Source: a virus
Lineage: Duplodnaviria > Caudoviricetes
DNA: 64,000 bases
Direction: 5' to 3' (one strand)
IMG/VR virus record: IMGVR_UViG_3300014205_000213
Coordinates: 1 to 64,000 of that record
How positions within the stretch are numbered: the stretch's first letter is position 1; every line of letters begins with the position of its first letter. Position numbers and translations under genes: made by a program. The notes below the pieces were generated by a model, which saw only the letters and a program-made list of their open reading frames with translations, did no database searches and was not told the DNA's origin. Of this stretch, positions 28,038 through 37,101 are shown piece by piece.

Positions 28038-28563
28038 TTATAACTTGTGCAATTAGTATGTCATTAGGAACTTCACCGAAATCATAAGTTATCTTGTATT
28101 TAGGATTAATAGAATGTATGTATTCTTCAATATCACATATACAATAAGGAAACTTAAACCACTCCTTTTCTCTTTCTTTAATCAATCGAATATCGTCAAT
28201 TAGAATGGTATGAGTTTTTATGTGATGATTACCTATTATCTTTAATTCATCCATTAATGGAGAAGTATTTTGTTCCCCTCCTGAACCTCCACCACAATAG
28301 TGTGCGTCTAACCAAAAAGTACAAGGTTCGTCAATACCACTTAATATCTGTGGTAAAATGACTAACGAATCCCCATGATATAATTTTACTCTCCTCTTTC
28401 TATTGCCATAGCGATTCTTACAAATAAGATAACAGGGTTCAAATACCTCAATAGAATGTATCTTTGGAAATTTGGCCTGCAGTGCAGCATGAATCCCTTC
28501 TCCTCCAGCTGATCCCGTTTCAATAAAGATGTTATTCATATATGGCTTAAAATTCCTTTTCAT
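28021..28563 (-). CDS. SAM-dependent methyltransferase-like protein
   Basis: FIETGS, IHSIE, HGDS, FWLDAH, ILIDD. Confidence 0.65.
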   Translation of the reverse strand: MKRNFKPYMNNIFIETGSAGGEGIHAALQAKFPKIHSIEVFEPCYLICKNRYGNRKRRVKLYHGDSLVILPQILSGIDEPCTFWLDAHYCGGGSGGEQNTSPLMDELKIIGNHHIKTHTILIDDIRLIKEREKEWFKFPYCICDIEEYIHSINPKYKITYDFGEVPNDILIAQVINEGDI

Positions 28564-29207
28564 AATTTACCTTCCTTTCTATATAGGGCATCCCCCCAAT
28601 GTGCCTTTGTCATTTTTGTAACAACCCTTTTAAAATTGAAATTATTTAGATATGCATCTATTTCTGAAATCAAAGCACATTCTTTCCTTACATACTCATC
28701 ACAAACCTCAGAATAAATGTAATCCAATTTCCTAATTGAGTCTCCTAAACTTTTTAATACATTCAATTCAGTACCCTCAACATCAACATTTAAAAAATTA
28801 TAATCCGAAATATCCCTACCACTGTACTCAAAAAAATCATCCAGTCTCGTCAACCTGATTACCTGATCTCTCACATACCGAACTTGTGGATGATATTTTT
28901 TATGTGTTCCTAAAGCCAATAATGAAGAGCTTTGTCCCTCATTATTTGCAATATGTAAATTAGCCTTTTTTAATGTATCGTGAATCCCAATATTAAAAAA
29001 TTCATTATTTTTTAATTCACATATTCTCTTTTCCAAGATAGGGATTAACTCTACATTTGGTTCAAACCATAACACCTTTGTAAAACCGTATTGTTGGTAC
29101 CACTCACACTCCTCTCCAATATTGGCTCCAACATGAATGGCTCCTCTACAAGGCTTATCTAAATACTTATGAAGATCTGTTATTAGCATAATTATATTCT
29201 TATCCAA
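28560..29207 (-). CDS. FkbM-family methyltransferase
   Basis: IHVGANIGE, WFEPN, RLDD, LNVDVEGTELNVLKSLG. Confidence 0.85.
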   Translation of the reverse strand: MDKNIIMLITDLHKYLDKPCRGAIHVGANIGEECEWYQQYGFTKVLWFEPNVELIPILEKRICELKNNEFFNIGIHDTLKKANLHIANNEGQSSSLLALGTHKKYHPQVRYVRDQVIRLTRLDDFFEYSGRDISDYNFLNVDVEGTELNVLKSLGDSIRKLDYIYSEVCDEYVRKECALISEIDAYLNNFNFKRVVTKMTKAHWGDALYRKEGKL

Positions 29208-29980
29208 TGTTCTGGTATAAATCCCTGTTCCTTAATTTTCTCTTCCTGATCATCTCTTAACCTCCACCTCAACGGAGCCATGGTCATTCCATTATAAATA
29301 TCACCCACCATTGCCGCCCACCAGCTAAATGTACTGTTTGCAACAATCTTATGAGGACATAATCGCATCAAATCAAAAGATAGGTAATCAACTTCGTTGA
29401 CAAAGACAAAATGACTTCCTATAAAATTTTCCTTACACCAAGTAACATCATCAGAAAAGACGTAAACCTTCCCTTCCACCTTTTTTTCAACAAGCATGTC
29501 TAATGCCTTAGCATAATATTCTATTGGTAATAAATGATGTCCTTTAGTCAAGTAATCCCCCCGACGAACATGTAATGCAATAGACTCACTACAGACTATC
29601 TGTTCTTTCAATTCAAGATACCTTTCGGTATATAATTTTGGACGAACTTTAAAGTGCTCTCTTAATAAGGGTAAAACATTTTGTACATACCCTTGATGTT
29701 GCCAATAACCAAAGAAGTTGACATCTTCCATGGTTAGGTATTCTGGATTAAATGTATAGCCTTCTGAATCGGATTCATGAATAGTTTTTTTGTTCATAAA
29801 TCCTCCAACCGAAATATCTGTCCTAAACTTATTTAACGCAAAGGGACGTGGAGGATCCGCTGGTTTTGCAAACCAAGATAGATCATAACAAACCTTAATT
29901 CCATTTGCCTCCATTGATTTACCAAAGGCATACTGGAACATTTGATTTCCTAATCCCGCATATATTTTTACAACATTCAT
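29192..29980 (-). CDS. GT11 alpha-1,2-fucosyltransferase-like protein
   Basis: GLGNQMFQYA, GYWQH, ALHVRRGDY, VFSDD, VANSTFSWWAA. Confidence 0.9.
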   Translation of the reverse strand: MNVVKIYAGLGNQMFQYAFGKSMEANGIKVCYDLSWFAKPADPPRPFALNKFRTDISVGGFMNKKTIHESDSEGYTFNPEYLTMEDVNFFGYWQHQGYVQNVLPLLREHFKVRPKLYTERYLELKEQIVCSESIALHVRRGDYLTKGHHLLPIEYYAKALDMLVEKKVEGKVYVFSDDVTWCKENFIGSHFVFVNEVDYLSFDLMRLCPHKIVANSTFSWWAAMVGDIYNGMTMAPLRWRLRDDQEEKIKEQGFIPEHWIRI

Positions 29981-30672
29981 TGAAGTAATTCTTTAACTGT
30001 GGTTTTCCTGAATTCAATAATTGCACTATCAGGACATGCATTAATGATCTCAACTCCTATCTTTTTAGCGTCCTCTGCAATGTACTTAAACCTCCTTAAA
30101 AATTTATCAAAGGGCAATCCCATTCTTCTTCGTTCCTCAACAATCTTACCCCTCAAATATATATCATGCCAATGTTGGTAGTCCTCTTTACTTAATTTCA
30201 TATCAAACCCCAACAAAATAATTCTCTTGGCTCCTAAATGTACGGCTAAATTAATTGCCGCCGAACCTGAATTCCCATTCCAACTTACCTTGTTAGGATG
30301 TTGACTTAACCCTCGTGGATGTTCCTTGTCTTTATCAACATACTTAATCCACTTCTGTTTATTCTGATGTGGTTCACATGTAACCTTTACTCCAGGGAAT
30401 TTGGATAATTCGTTTACATACCTCAAATAAAATCCAGTGTCTCCATAAAAAACCATGTCAATCCAATCCCCTATCATAAAAGCCACATTAACTCCTATTA
30501 CATGTTTGTCATGTATTCCTTTCATGTATGGAGAGTAGACGCTGGGTGGGGAAGTCCTATCAGTAACACTCTTAACAACTTCAACAGGTATGTCAAATTG
30601 TTCAGTTACGGAAGGACCTCCTCCAATGATCCATACGTCACCACCATCCCATATTTTAGGAATAGTCCACAT
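29977..30672 (-). CDS. DUF115/Maf-like transferase (sugar or nonulosonate transfer candidate)
   Basis: IIGGGPSV, VIGVN, NSGSAAINLAVHLGAKRIILLGFDM. Confidence 0.6.
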   Translation of the reverse strand: MWTIPKIWDGGDVWIIGGGPSVTEQFDIPVEVVKSVTDRTSPPSVYSPYMKGIHDKHVIGVNVAFMIGDWIDMVFYGDTGFYLRYVNELSKFPGVKVTCEPHQNKQKWIKYVDKDKEHPRGLSQHPNKVSWNGNSGSAAINLAVHLGAKRIILLGFDMKLSKEDYQHWHDIYLRGKIVEERRRMGLPFDKFLRRFKYIAEDAKKIGVEIINACPDSAIIEFRKTTVKELLQ

Positions 30673-30673
30673 T

Positions 30674-31033
30674 TTATTCAGTCAAGGTTTCAATGAACTT
30701 GTCAGCCTTCTCCTTTGTCAACCCTTTCTCATTGAGCTTCTTCCCTTTCCCATTAAATACATCCCATACTCCCTCTTCATCCTCTCTCTCCTTTGCTTCG
30801 AAGGTAGGGAGGCTTCCAAGCATCTCTTTGTACTCCTGTATGGCCTTTGCATCAATTTTAATAATAACATCACGGAAGGCTTCGGGTACTTCTTCCTCGG
30901 TTGCTTCAAACACCTGATTCGGCTTGATTATCTTTTTTGATCCTTTTATTACCAGGCGGCAACCTCCACCACCTATTTTCCTCCAACGATAAATTTCATT
31001 GGGTTCTTCTGATTTTTTATTTTTTCTTTCCAT
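30674..31033 (-). CDS. conserved-type hypothetical protein after the capsid gene
   Basis: 119 aa, charged, directly downstream of the MCP. Confidence 0.65.
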   Translation of the reverse strand: MERKNKKSEEPNEIYRWRKIGGGGCRLVIKGSKKIIKPNQVFEATEEEVPEAFRDVIIKIDAKAIQEYKEMLGSLPTFEAKEREDEEGVWDVFNGKGKKLNEKGLTKEKADKFIETLTE

Positions 31034-31074
31034 AATCGTATAAATTAAAAAATGACTTGATTAGTCAATAATTT

Positions 31075-32190
31075 TTAAGCCATGTGGATAATACCACAAC
31101 GACCGTTCTGATCTGACCTGATCTGAGGAACCTGAATGGTCATTACTTTGAATTTAGTAATCATCCCTCCTTCTTCCCCCCACTGAATATTCTGGAGACC
31201 TAAACCACGTACAAGACGTACAGTCTCTTTATTCATCTCAACAAGAAGAACGTTATCAGCCGGCAGAGAATCAACAACCTTTATACCTTCTATCTTGGAA
31301 ATCTTCAAAATCCTTTCACGGATTGTTGTTCCAGGAGTAGTGGCATCGTAATCCTCATCAATGACTGTCTCATAATTGGAAGGGATGTATAACATCCAAG
31401 GACCATAATGATAATCATTAAGACTTAGTTGCTTCATCTCCAAAACCTGGGAAACAATGGTGGCTCCGGGAGTTGCTAAATCGTCCCAATGAGTTCCAAT
31501 TGCTTTGATATTCCTGTCCGGGAAATTGATGTAACTATAAATCTTGTTACGGCTTCTGCTATCCAGTTCACCAAATGCATAAGAGGTGTCCGTAAACAGC
31601 ATGTTTTCCAATTTTTCAGCTACCTTCCTTGCAGCCCTTTCAGCTGAAGTTGTATCCAGGGGATTCCCCATATTACGGCTGGCAGCCAATACCCTTGCGT
31701 TAATCTCATAATCAACGTGTATGATAGGTATCGGCAAGTAGTTATGCTGGTAAACAGGACGATCCCCCTTTGAACGTGTAATTCCGTCCATTGTGAGATC
31801 AGCCTCAAAAGCATCACTTACATCATGCCATTCAAGAACGGTTGTTGCCATTGCATTCCCAAGATTGTAAGTCAGGCCTTTTTCAATAAGATCCTGAACA
31901 CCATTCAACCGGTAACGAGCAACATCCATAACAGCTTCATCAAGAGCCTTCCACTCATCCCTCTGGAGAGTAGCAGTTGCGTTTGTCTGTAACGGAACAG
32001 CCTTATAACTTTCTTTCTTAGTCGGGTCACCCGTACATACAGTCATGTAGGCTATTCCAGTTGTTAAGTCGATGAAGGGTTTCATCCTCCCTACGTCAAG
32101 GCGACCTCTGTTTGCCAACATGTTGGCTACAACACCCATCGTCCTTCCATCGGCTCCAATAAGGTCAACTTTAGCACCTGTGCGTTTCAT
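31075..32190 (-). CDS. major capsid protein (HK97 fold, encapsulin/linocin-like family)
   Basis: 371 aa after the decoration and protease genes; LQRDEWKALDEAV; strong SD. Confidence 0.85.
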   Translation of the reverse strand: MKRTGAKVDLIGADGRTMGVVANMLANRGRLDVGRMKPFIDLTTGIAYMTVCTGDPTKKESYKAVPLQTNATATLQRDEWKALDEAVMDVARYRLNGVQDLIEKGLTYNLGNAMATTVLEWHDVSDAFEADLTMDGITRSKGDRPVYQHNYLPIPIIHVDYEINARVLAASRNMGNPLDTTSAERAARKVAEKLENMLFTDTSYAFGELDSRSRNKIYSYINFPDRNIKAIGTHWDDLATPGATIVSQVLEMKQLSLNDYHYGPWMLYIPSNYETVIDEDYDATTPGTTIRERILKISKIEGIKVVDSLPADNVLLVEMNKETVRLVRGLGLQNIQWGEEGGMITKFKVMTIQVPQIRSDQNGRCGIIHMA

Positions 32191-32219
32191 ATAACTTTCC
32201 TCCTTTTTTTATGTTATAA

Positions 32220-32675
32220 CTAAATTATTTGAATAAGAACACGAGGATTGTAATATGCTCCACCTTCACTGGATTCAGAACCTTCAGGAAGGCTAGAAAG
32301 ATTCACTGCCTCAACAGCAACACCAACAATAACTCCGCTGGTGTATTCCTGTACTTTTCCTTCCCCATTGGACTCAACAAAGTCACCAATAGCAATATTG
32401 GCTTCATCTTCCAGTAAAGCGTATACAATATCTCCACGTCCAGGTATCCAAACCTGTACCTGATCTCCAGCGGCATAATCATCATTAATCCCATTCCCCT
32501 GAAGTTCATCCTCAATCGCAAACATGAACGCATGCTTTCCAGCAGCAGTAGCATGTTCCTTTACAGTACCGGTACTGGTAAATTCCAGTAACGAACCGGG
32601 TGTAATTGCAGCATTAGCAACCTTCTCAATACGAACGTTTGAGTAGTTTGTTACTTTGATAGTATTTTTTGCCAT
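32220..32675 (-). CDS. capsid decoration/cement protein
   Basis: ANAAITPGSLLEF, YAAGDQVQV, IAIGDFVESNGEG; lies between protease and MCP. Confidence 0.75.
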   Translation of the reverse strand: MAKNTIKVTNYSNVRIEKVANAAITPGSLLEFTSTGTVKEHATAAGKHAFMFAIEDELQGNGINDDYAAGDQVQVWIPGRGDIVYALLEDEANIAIGDFVESNGEGKVQEYTSGVIVGVAVEAVNLSSLPEGSESSEGGAYYNPRVLIQII

Positions 32676-32689
32676 ATCGTTCTCCTTTC

Positions 32690-34288
32690 TTATTTACTAT
32701 CAACAAATTTAACATCTGTAGGATATAAAGGTTCAACCCCACTGTCCTCGTTGACATGTAGTTCAGCACCTGCTCCTAAGGAATAATCTGCTGGAGCCTC
32801 ATCCTCTTTCTTAACAGAGTTGAAGATCCTCTCAAGGTGTTCTTCACTCATAGTAACCAGTACATCATCAGGCCACAGTTCCTTACTGGTATTTGCCTGA
32901 ATCCCTTTAACCAAATTCTCCCGCCTCAGTTTCATCTGCTTCTTACCATAGGCAAGTGCTGCAGCATCTTCTGGAGCAAGTTTGTTCACATCGATTGTTT
33001 TCTCAACCGTCTTCTCGATCACCTTTGGGGTGAGTCTGTCAAGAACGGATTCTTCCTGAGTCATCAACCATTCCCGATCTGCTTCTTTCCAGCCAGAGTC
33101 CTTATTTGAAATCAAGGCTTCGACCTTTGCAAGGCAGTTGGGACAATTTTTCGCATTTGACATAGTTTTGTCCTCCTTTTTATGATTAATACTAAACTTA
33201 GTTCGCTGAACCGTGTTTGCCACGTATTCAACCTTTTTACGCACTTCTTCAGGATCTCCACTCAATTCAATAACCCCGCTATTGAAAGAGTAACCCTGTT
33301 TGTACATCTTGGATTCGCCAACCCTAAAATGAACAGCATAAACCAAATAATCCTCATACACCTCTTCAAGCATATGATAACTATCATTGGTATCCATACC
33401 ATCCAATTTACGACGAGCGGCGTCTACAAGTTCTTTGTACCCCTCATTCGCGATGACTCCCTGCATCTGGGATACAGCATAGCCCTCGGCGTTTAAGGTT
33501 CTCATCGTTTGAAACACTTCTTTTTTCACATTTTTTCCTCCTTTCTTATTGTTAGAACGAAGCCCACAACCATCCTCTACAGAACAAGCACCTGTCCCGC
33601 CGGGCAAGAGAGCCAAATGATCTGGCCTGTGATTCCTGGCTATCGCTTCATACGTTTCACCTTCCCATTCCCCTTCAACTTCTTCCTCTTCATTAAATAC
33701 ACCCACACTCACTTCCACTACCTCTCTCTTATTTATCATCGCAAGTGTCGGGGAGTGCACTTGCCTTAATTTCTCTTCATCAATCCAAACTTCAGCCTTG
33801 AGTTTATTACCATCAACATGTGTATGATACACACGCCCAACAACTCTACTATCAACTATGTCAGGGGCATTGGCCGAAACATTCTGTCCATCCACCTCAG
33901 GATGATCTACAATGACAGGAATACCATCCCAAGCTCCAGGAAATTTACCAAGTTCGGCTATGGTGTGTAATAATGGACCATGACTACCATTATGTACACC
34001 TTCCACCATCATTGTTACTGGAATAACCAAGTGCTTTTTTCCTTGATGCTGAGCAACAACAACTGTGTACGCTTCCTCAATTTCAACTGTATGTATAGAG
34101 AAATTCATATCCGTATTCCCTACAACACCATTTGCCTGCCTAATTGCTGAGGCATCACATTCACTTTCAGGCTTACCTTTTTTCAAACAAGCAGCACGAG
34201 CTGAATTTGCGACTTCCACCCAACGCTTCTTTTGAGCATCAGTTAGTCCTTTTTTGTGTTTATCAACATCTTTAACGGTCCATGGCAT
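32690..34288 (-). CDS. prohead protease/scaffold (DUF2213-like)
   Basis: EGVHNG, PVIVDHP, EVSVG, RPDHLALLP, GACS; helical C-terminal scaffold; two internal SD-plus-start sites. Confidence 0.8.
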   Translation of the reverse strand: MPWTVKDVDKHKKGLTDAQKKRWVEVANSARAACLKKGKPESECDASAIRQANGVVGNTDMNFSIHTVEIEEAYTVVVAQHQGKKHLVIPVTMMVEGVHNGSHGPLLHTIAELGKFPGAWDGIPVIVDHPEVDGQNVSANAPDIVDSRVVGRVYHTHVDGNKLKAEVWIDEEKLRQVHSPTLAMINKREVVEVSVGVFNEEEEVEGEWEGETYEAIARNHRPDHLALLPGGTGACSVEDGCGLRSNNKKGGKNVKKEVFQTMRTLNAEGYAVSQMQGVIANEGYKELVDAARRKLDGMDTNDSYHMLEEVYEDYLVYAVHFRVGESKMYKQGYSFNSGVIELSGDPEEVRKKVEYVANTVQRTKFSINHKKEDKTMSNAKNCPNCLAKVEALISNKDSGWKEADREWLMTQEESVLDRLTPKVIEKTVEKTIDVNKLAPEDAAALAYGKKQMKLRRENLVKGIQANTSKELWPDDVLVTMSEEHLERIFNSVKKEDEAPADYSLGAGAELHVNEDSGVEPLYPTDVKFVDSK

Positions 34289-34307
34289 AACTTTGTCCTC
34301 CTATATT

Positions 34308-35261
34308 TTATTCATATTTAACCAAATCCTCAAAATATGGTAAAGCCATACACCTACAATCCGGGTGTAATGGAATCATATATTCAATTTCATCAAGTGT
34401 AAATATCTTTCCTTCCATTGAGGCACATTTTGGACACACTCTATTATCTCCTGCCGTTATCCATTCACCCTTTACAGTAACTCCAAGAACACCCCAATTC
34501 CTGTATTCCTGTATTGTTGCTAAATGATGTGCTCGTATAATTCCAGTACGTGATAATAATGTTGCTCTTTGTAAGGCAGGGATAAAACGCCCTATGCTAT
34601 CCTTTAGGGCAAGATCACCTAAGTTGGATCCGTTTATAGCGGCAACAAGTTTGCGGGCGAGCAAGGCAGGCCCATCACCATCTGCCAAGCCCTGTGCTAA
34701 TATTCTACTAATAATTGTATCCATATCAGCCGTTATACCCTTTAAATCACTGTATGCCCTGGCAAATATTAAACCAAGACGATCAATATGAAAGGGTAGA
34801 CCCATAACAATATCAATACCTCCAGACTCATCAATGCTCTTAACGTCAAACCCAGCCTTTCTCATTTCATACCTGGCACGTATAACACCCCTCTTATAAG
34901 AGTCAAACAGATAAATGTTCATCCAGTTATCTTCAACAGGTCTTCCTATCTGTCGTAAATGCCCTACCTCCAATATGCCATTATCTACTTGTTCATTTAA
35001 CCACTTCATAAAAGCCTCCAGCTTGTCAGCATTCCTTGCATAGTTAAACTGTTGCCAACTTGGAGGAGTCATTTGATGTAACACTAATTTATCTTTAGAC
35101 AAACCAAAACAATCCTGTCTTACAATAGCAACGACAACCAACAACAACAATTCATTAAATCGTTGTTTCATAGCGTTGGAAAAAACTTTCCTCAACGTCG
35201 TTGTGTGCGTTGGATCATAGCTTTTGACAAGGCCTTTTGATATGGTTATCTCCTCTATCAT
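34308..35261 (-). CDS. minor head protein (Mu gpF/SPP1 gp7-like)
   Basis: RATLLSRTGI, WITAGDNRVCPKC, IPLHPDCRC. Confidence 0.85.
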   Translation of the reverse strand: MIEEITISKGLVKSYDPTHTTTLRKVFSNAMKQRFNELLLLVVVAIVRQDCFGLSKDKLVLHQMTPPSWQQFNYARNADKLEAFMKWLNEQVDNGILEVGHLRQIGRPVEDNWMNIYLFDSYKRGVIRARYEMRKAGFDVKSIDESGGIDIVMGLPFHIDRLGLIFARAYSDLKGITADMDTIISRILAQGLADGDGPALLARKLVAAINGSNLGDLALKDSIGRFIPALQRATLLSRTGIIRAHHLATIQEYRNWGVLGVTVKGEWITAGDNRVCPKCASMEGKIFTLDEIEYMIPLHPDCRCMALPYFEDLVKYE

Positions 35262-36727
35262 TCTTTCGTTGTTGACGTTGTTCGTTTCATCTTAGCCTCA
35301 GGTAATGCTGGGGTAACACTTGCTTTCGCTTCTGCCTCAAGTTTCAACATTTCCTTTATCTCTTCCATTATGTCGGACTTTTTCATCTGTTCCATAAGTT
35401 CAATCTGCTGTCTACTGAATCCTAAGAATTCCTGTAAGAATCCCGCCGGTGGAACAATAGCCATCTCCATAGGATTGTAAGAATACTCCCGTAAGGCACT
35501 TGCTCTTGCCTTTCCTATTTCAACTCTTTCTTTTTCACTTATTGCAAACAGATCAGCCCAATCAACATTATATTCATCCGTTGGTGTTGGTAAAATATTT
35601 AATTCAATAAGTCTATCTATCAACGGTCTCATAATATGTGGCTCGGCAAAATCCTCTCTTCGTGACTTCACATAAGTCTTCCATTCGTCAGAATCCTGTA
35701 CACTTGACAATTCACCACGTTCACTTCCCGATAAAATACGTTTGGGAATTCCTTTATCCGCTGAAATTAATGTTAATTGAACATCCACATGGTTTTTTGG
35801 GTCACTAATTGTCTGTTGTAATTCCTTTAAAGTGATCCCTTCATTAACTATTATCCTTCTCAAATAATTTTCATACTCATCTATCTGATCTACAAATTCC
35901 TCTTCTGCCTCAGGAGTCAATGTAAAGTCTTTATCAACAACTCCCTGGAATCCAGGACGAGCACCTCTCCAAAACATTTCAGCATCACCTCCTACTATTT
36001 TGTCCAAATCCATCAATCTATTATAAATAGATTCTAATCTAGGTGAGCCAAATACATCCGACTCCAAAGAACCATCAACAATATGGATAATTCTTGAGTA
36101 ATGAACTTGCACAGTGATAGTTGATGTACTTACTCCATTTGACATATCAGCCACTTCAATTTCATACATTAAAGGTTTTCCATATCTTTTATTTTTTGGA
36201 TTAGTAATGTATGAAGCTATTTTAGCACTCTTTTCACTGAAAGGCTTTAAATATAAAAGTTTTCTTTTCCCTGGCTTAACTGGTTCTTTAAAACCTAATT
36301 GATTACTTACATCATCAAGCCCTAACAATATCACTCCATATCGACCGATACCTGTTAACCTATCGGCACGAACAAGAATACTCTTAATATCAAGATTCCA
36401 ATTCAATTTTCTCCAAGCCTTTTCAAAAGGAGTCTCTTCAGCTTCGTCTGTTTCAATAAGTTCCAAATCCCCTTGCCAAGTGGCATTAACAGGACGATCT
36501 ATTACTGCTTTAGCAATGTCCTGACGGATGTACCTACCAAGATAATCTTCAAATTTTAAAGTATTGGCTGCTGGATACCCCAATGCTTTATAAATATCAC
36601 GCGAACCATCATATTGGGTACCTAGTTTTGTAGCCAACATCATTCTACTGACCAACTCACTGGCAAATGTTCTAATTTGACCACTATTGGTTAGAATAGA
36701 TCTTCCCCCTTGAATTGTTCTTTTCAT
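35258..36727 (-). CDS. portal protein (DUF1073-like)
   Basis: DIAKAVIDRP, ADRLTGIGRYGVILLG, HYSRIIH, GIPKRILSG; position after the terminase region. Confidence 0.85.
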   Translation of the reverse strand: MKRTIQGGRSILTNSGQIRTFASELVSRMMLATKLGTQYDGSRDIYKALGYPAANTLKFEDYLGRYIRQDIAKAVIDRPVNATWQGDLELIETDEAEETPFEKAWRKLNWNLDIKSILVRADRLTGIGRYGVILLGLDDVSNQLGFKEPVKPGKRKLLYLKPFSEKSAKIASYITNPKNKRYGKPLMYEIEVADMSNGVSTSTITVQVHYSRIIHIVDGSLESDVFGSPRLESIYNRLMDLDKIVGGDAEMFWRGARPGFQGVVDKDFTLTPEAEEEFVDQIDEYENYLRRIIVNEGITLKELQQTISDPKNHVDVQLTLISADKGIPKRILSGSERGELSSVQDSDEWKTYVKSRREDFAEPHIMRPLIDRLIELNILPTPTDEYNVDWADLFAISEKERVEIGKARASALREYSYNPMEMAIVPPAGFLQEFLGFSRQQIELMEQMKKSDIMEEIKEMLKLEAEAKASVTPALPEAKMKRTTSTTKE

Positions 36728-37101
36728 ATCCTTAATTTTATTCCGATTTGCAAACCATTGTTATATGTGATATACGGCGCATTGCTTTGAAAGATTTTCA
36801 TTCCCATATAGACCAGCCCTGCACCGACAAAACCTCCAAACATGCTATTGCCTAAGTCCCTTAACTCAACCTTTCCACCTGTACCATAATCAATCAACTC
36901 CTTTCCTCCCGTTGCAAGTGCTGTTATACCTACCCCGATTAATGCTGACTTCTCAGGGGAATGCTCAAAGTAGATTGACCCGACCCATGTCCCCCATGCA
37001 CCTGCCAATGTACCAACCATTAGATGCAGTTGCTTATCGTTTAGCTGTTGAGCTGTGCAATTAATGGCAATAAGGGATAATATGATTAAGATGTTTTTCA
37101 T
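36724..37101 (-). CDS. membrane protein with DKxxH motif
   Basis: Signal-like N-terminus, DKQLHLMVG, hydrophobic segments. Confidence 0.55.
   Translation of the reverse strand: MKNILIILSLIAINCTAQQLNDKQLHLMVGTLAGAWGTWVGSIYFEHSPEKSALIGVGITALATGGKELIDYGTGGKVELRDLGNSMFGGFVGAGLVYMGMKIFQSNAPYITYNNGLQIGIKLRI

Noticed and set aside
35258-36727. Anti-CBASS Acb1 label sometimes attached to DUF1073
   Set aside because: Size, motifs and position before the gpF-like and protease genes indicate a portal
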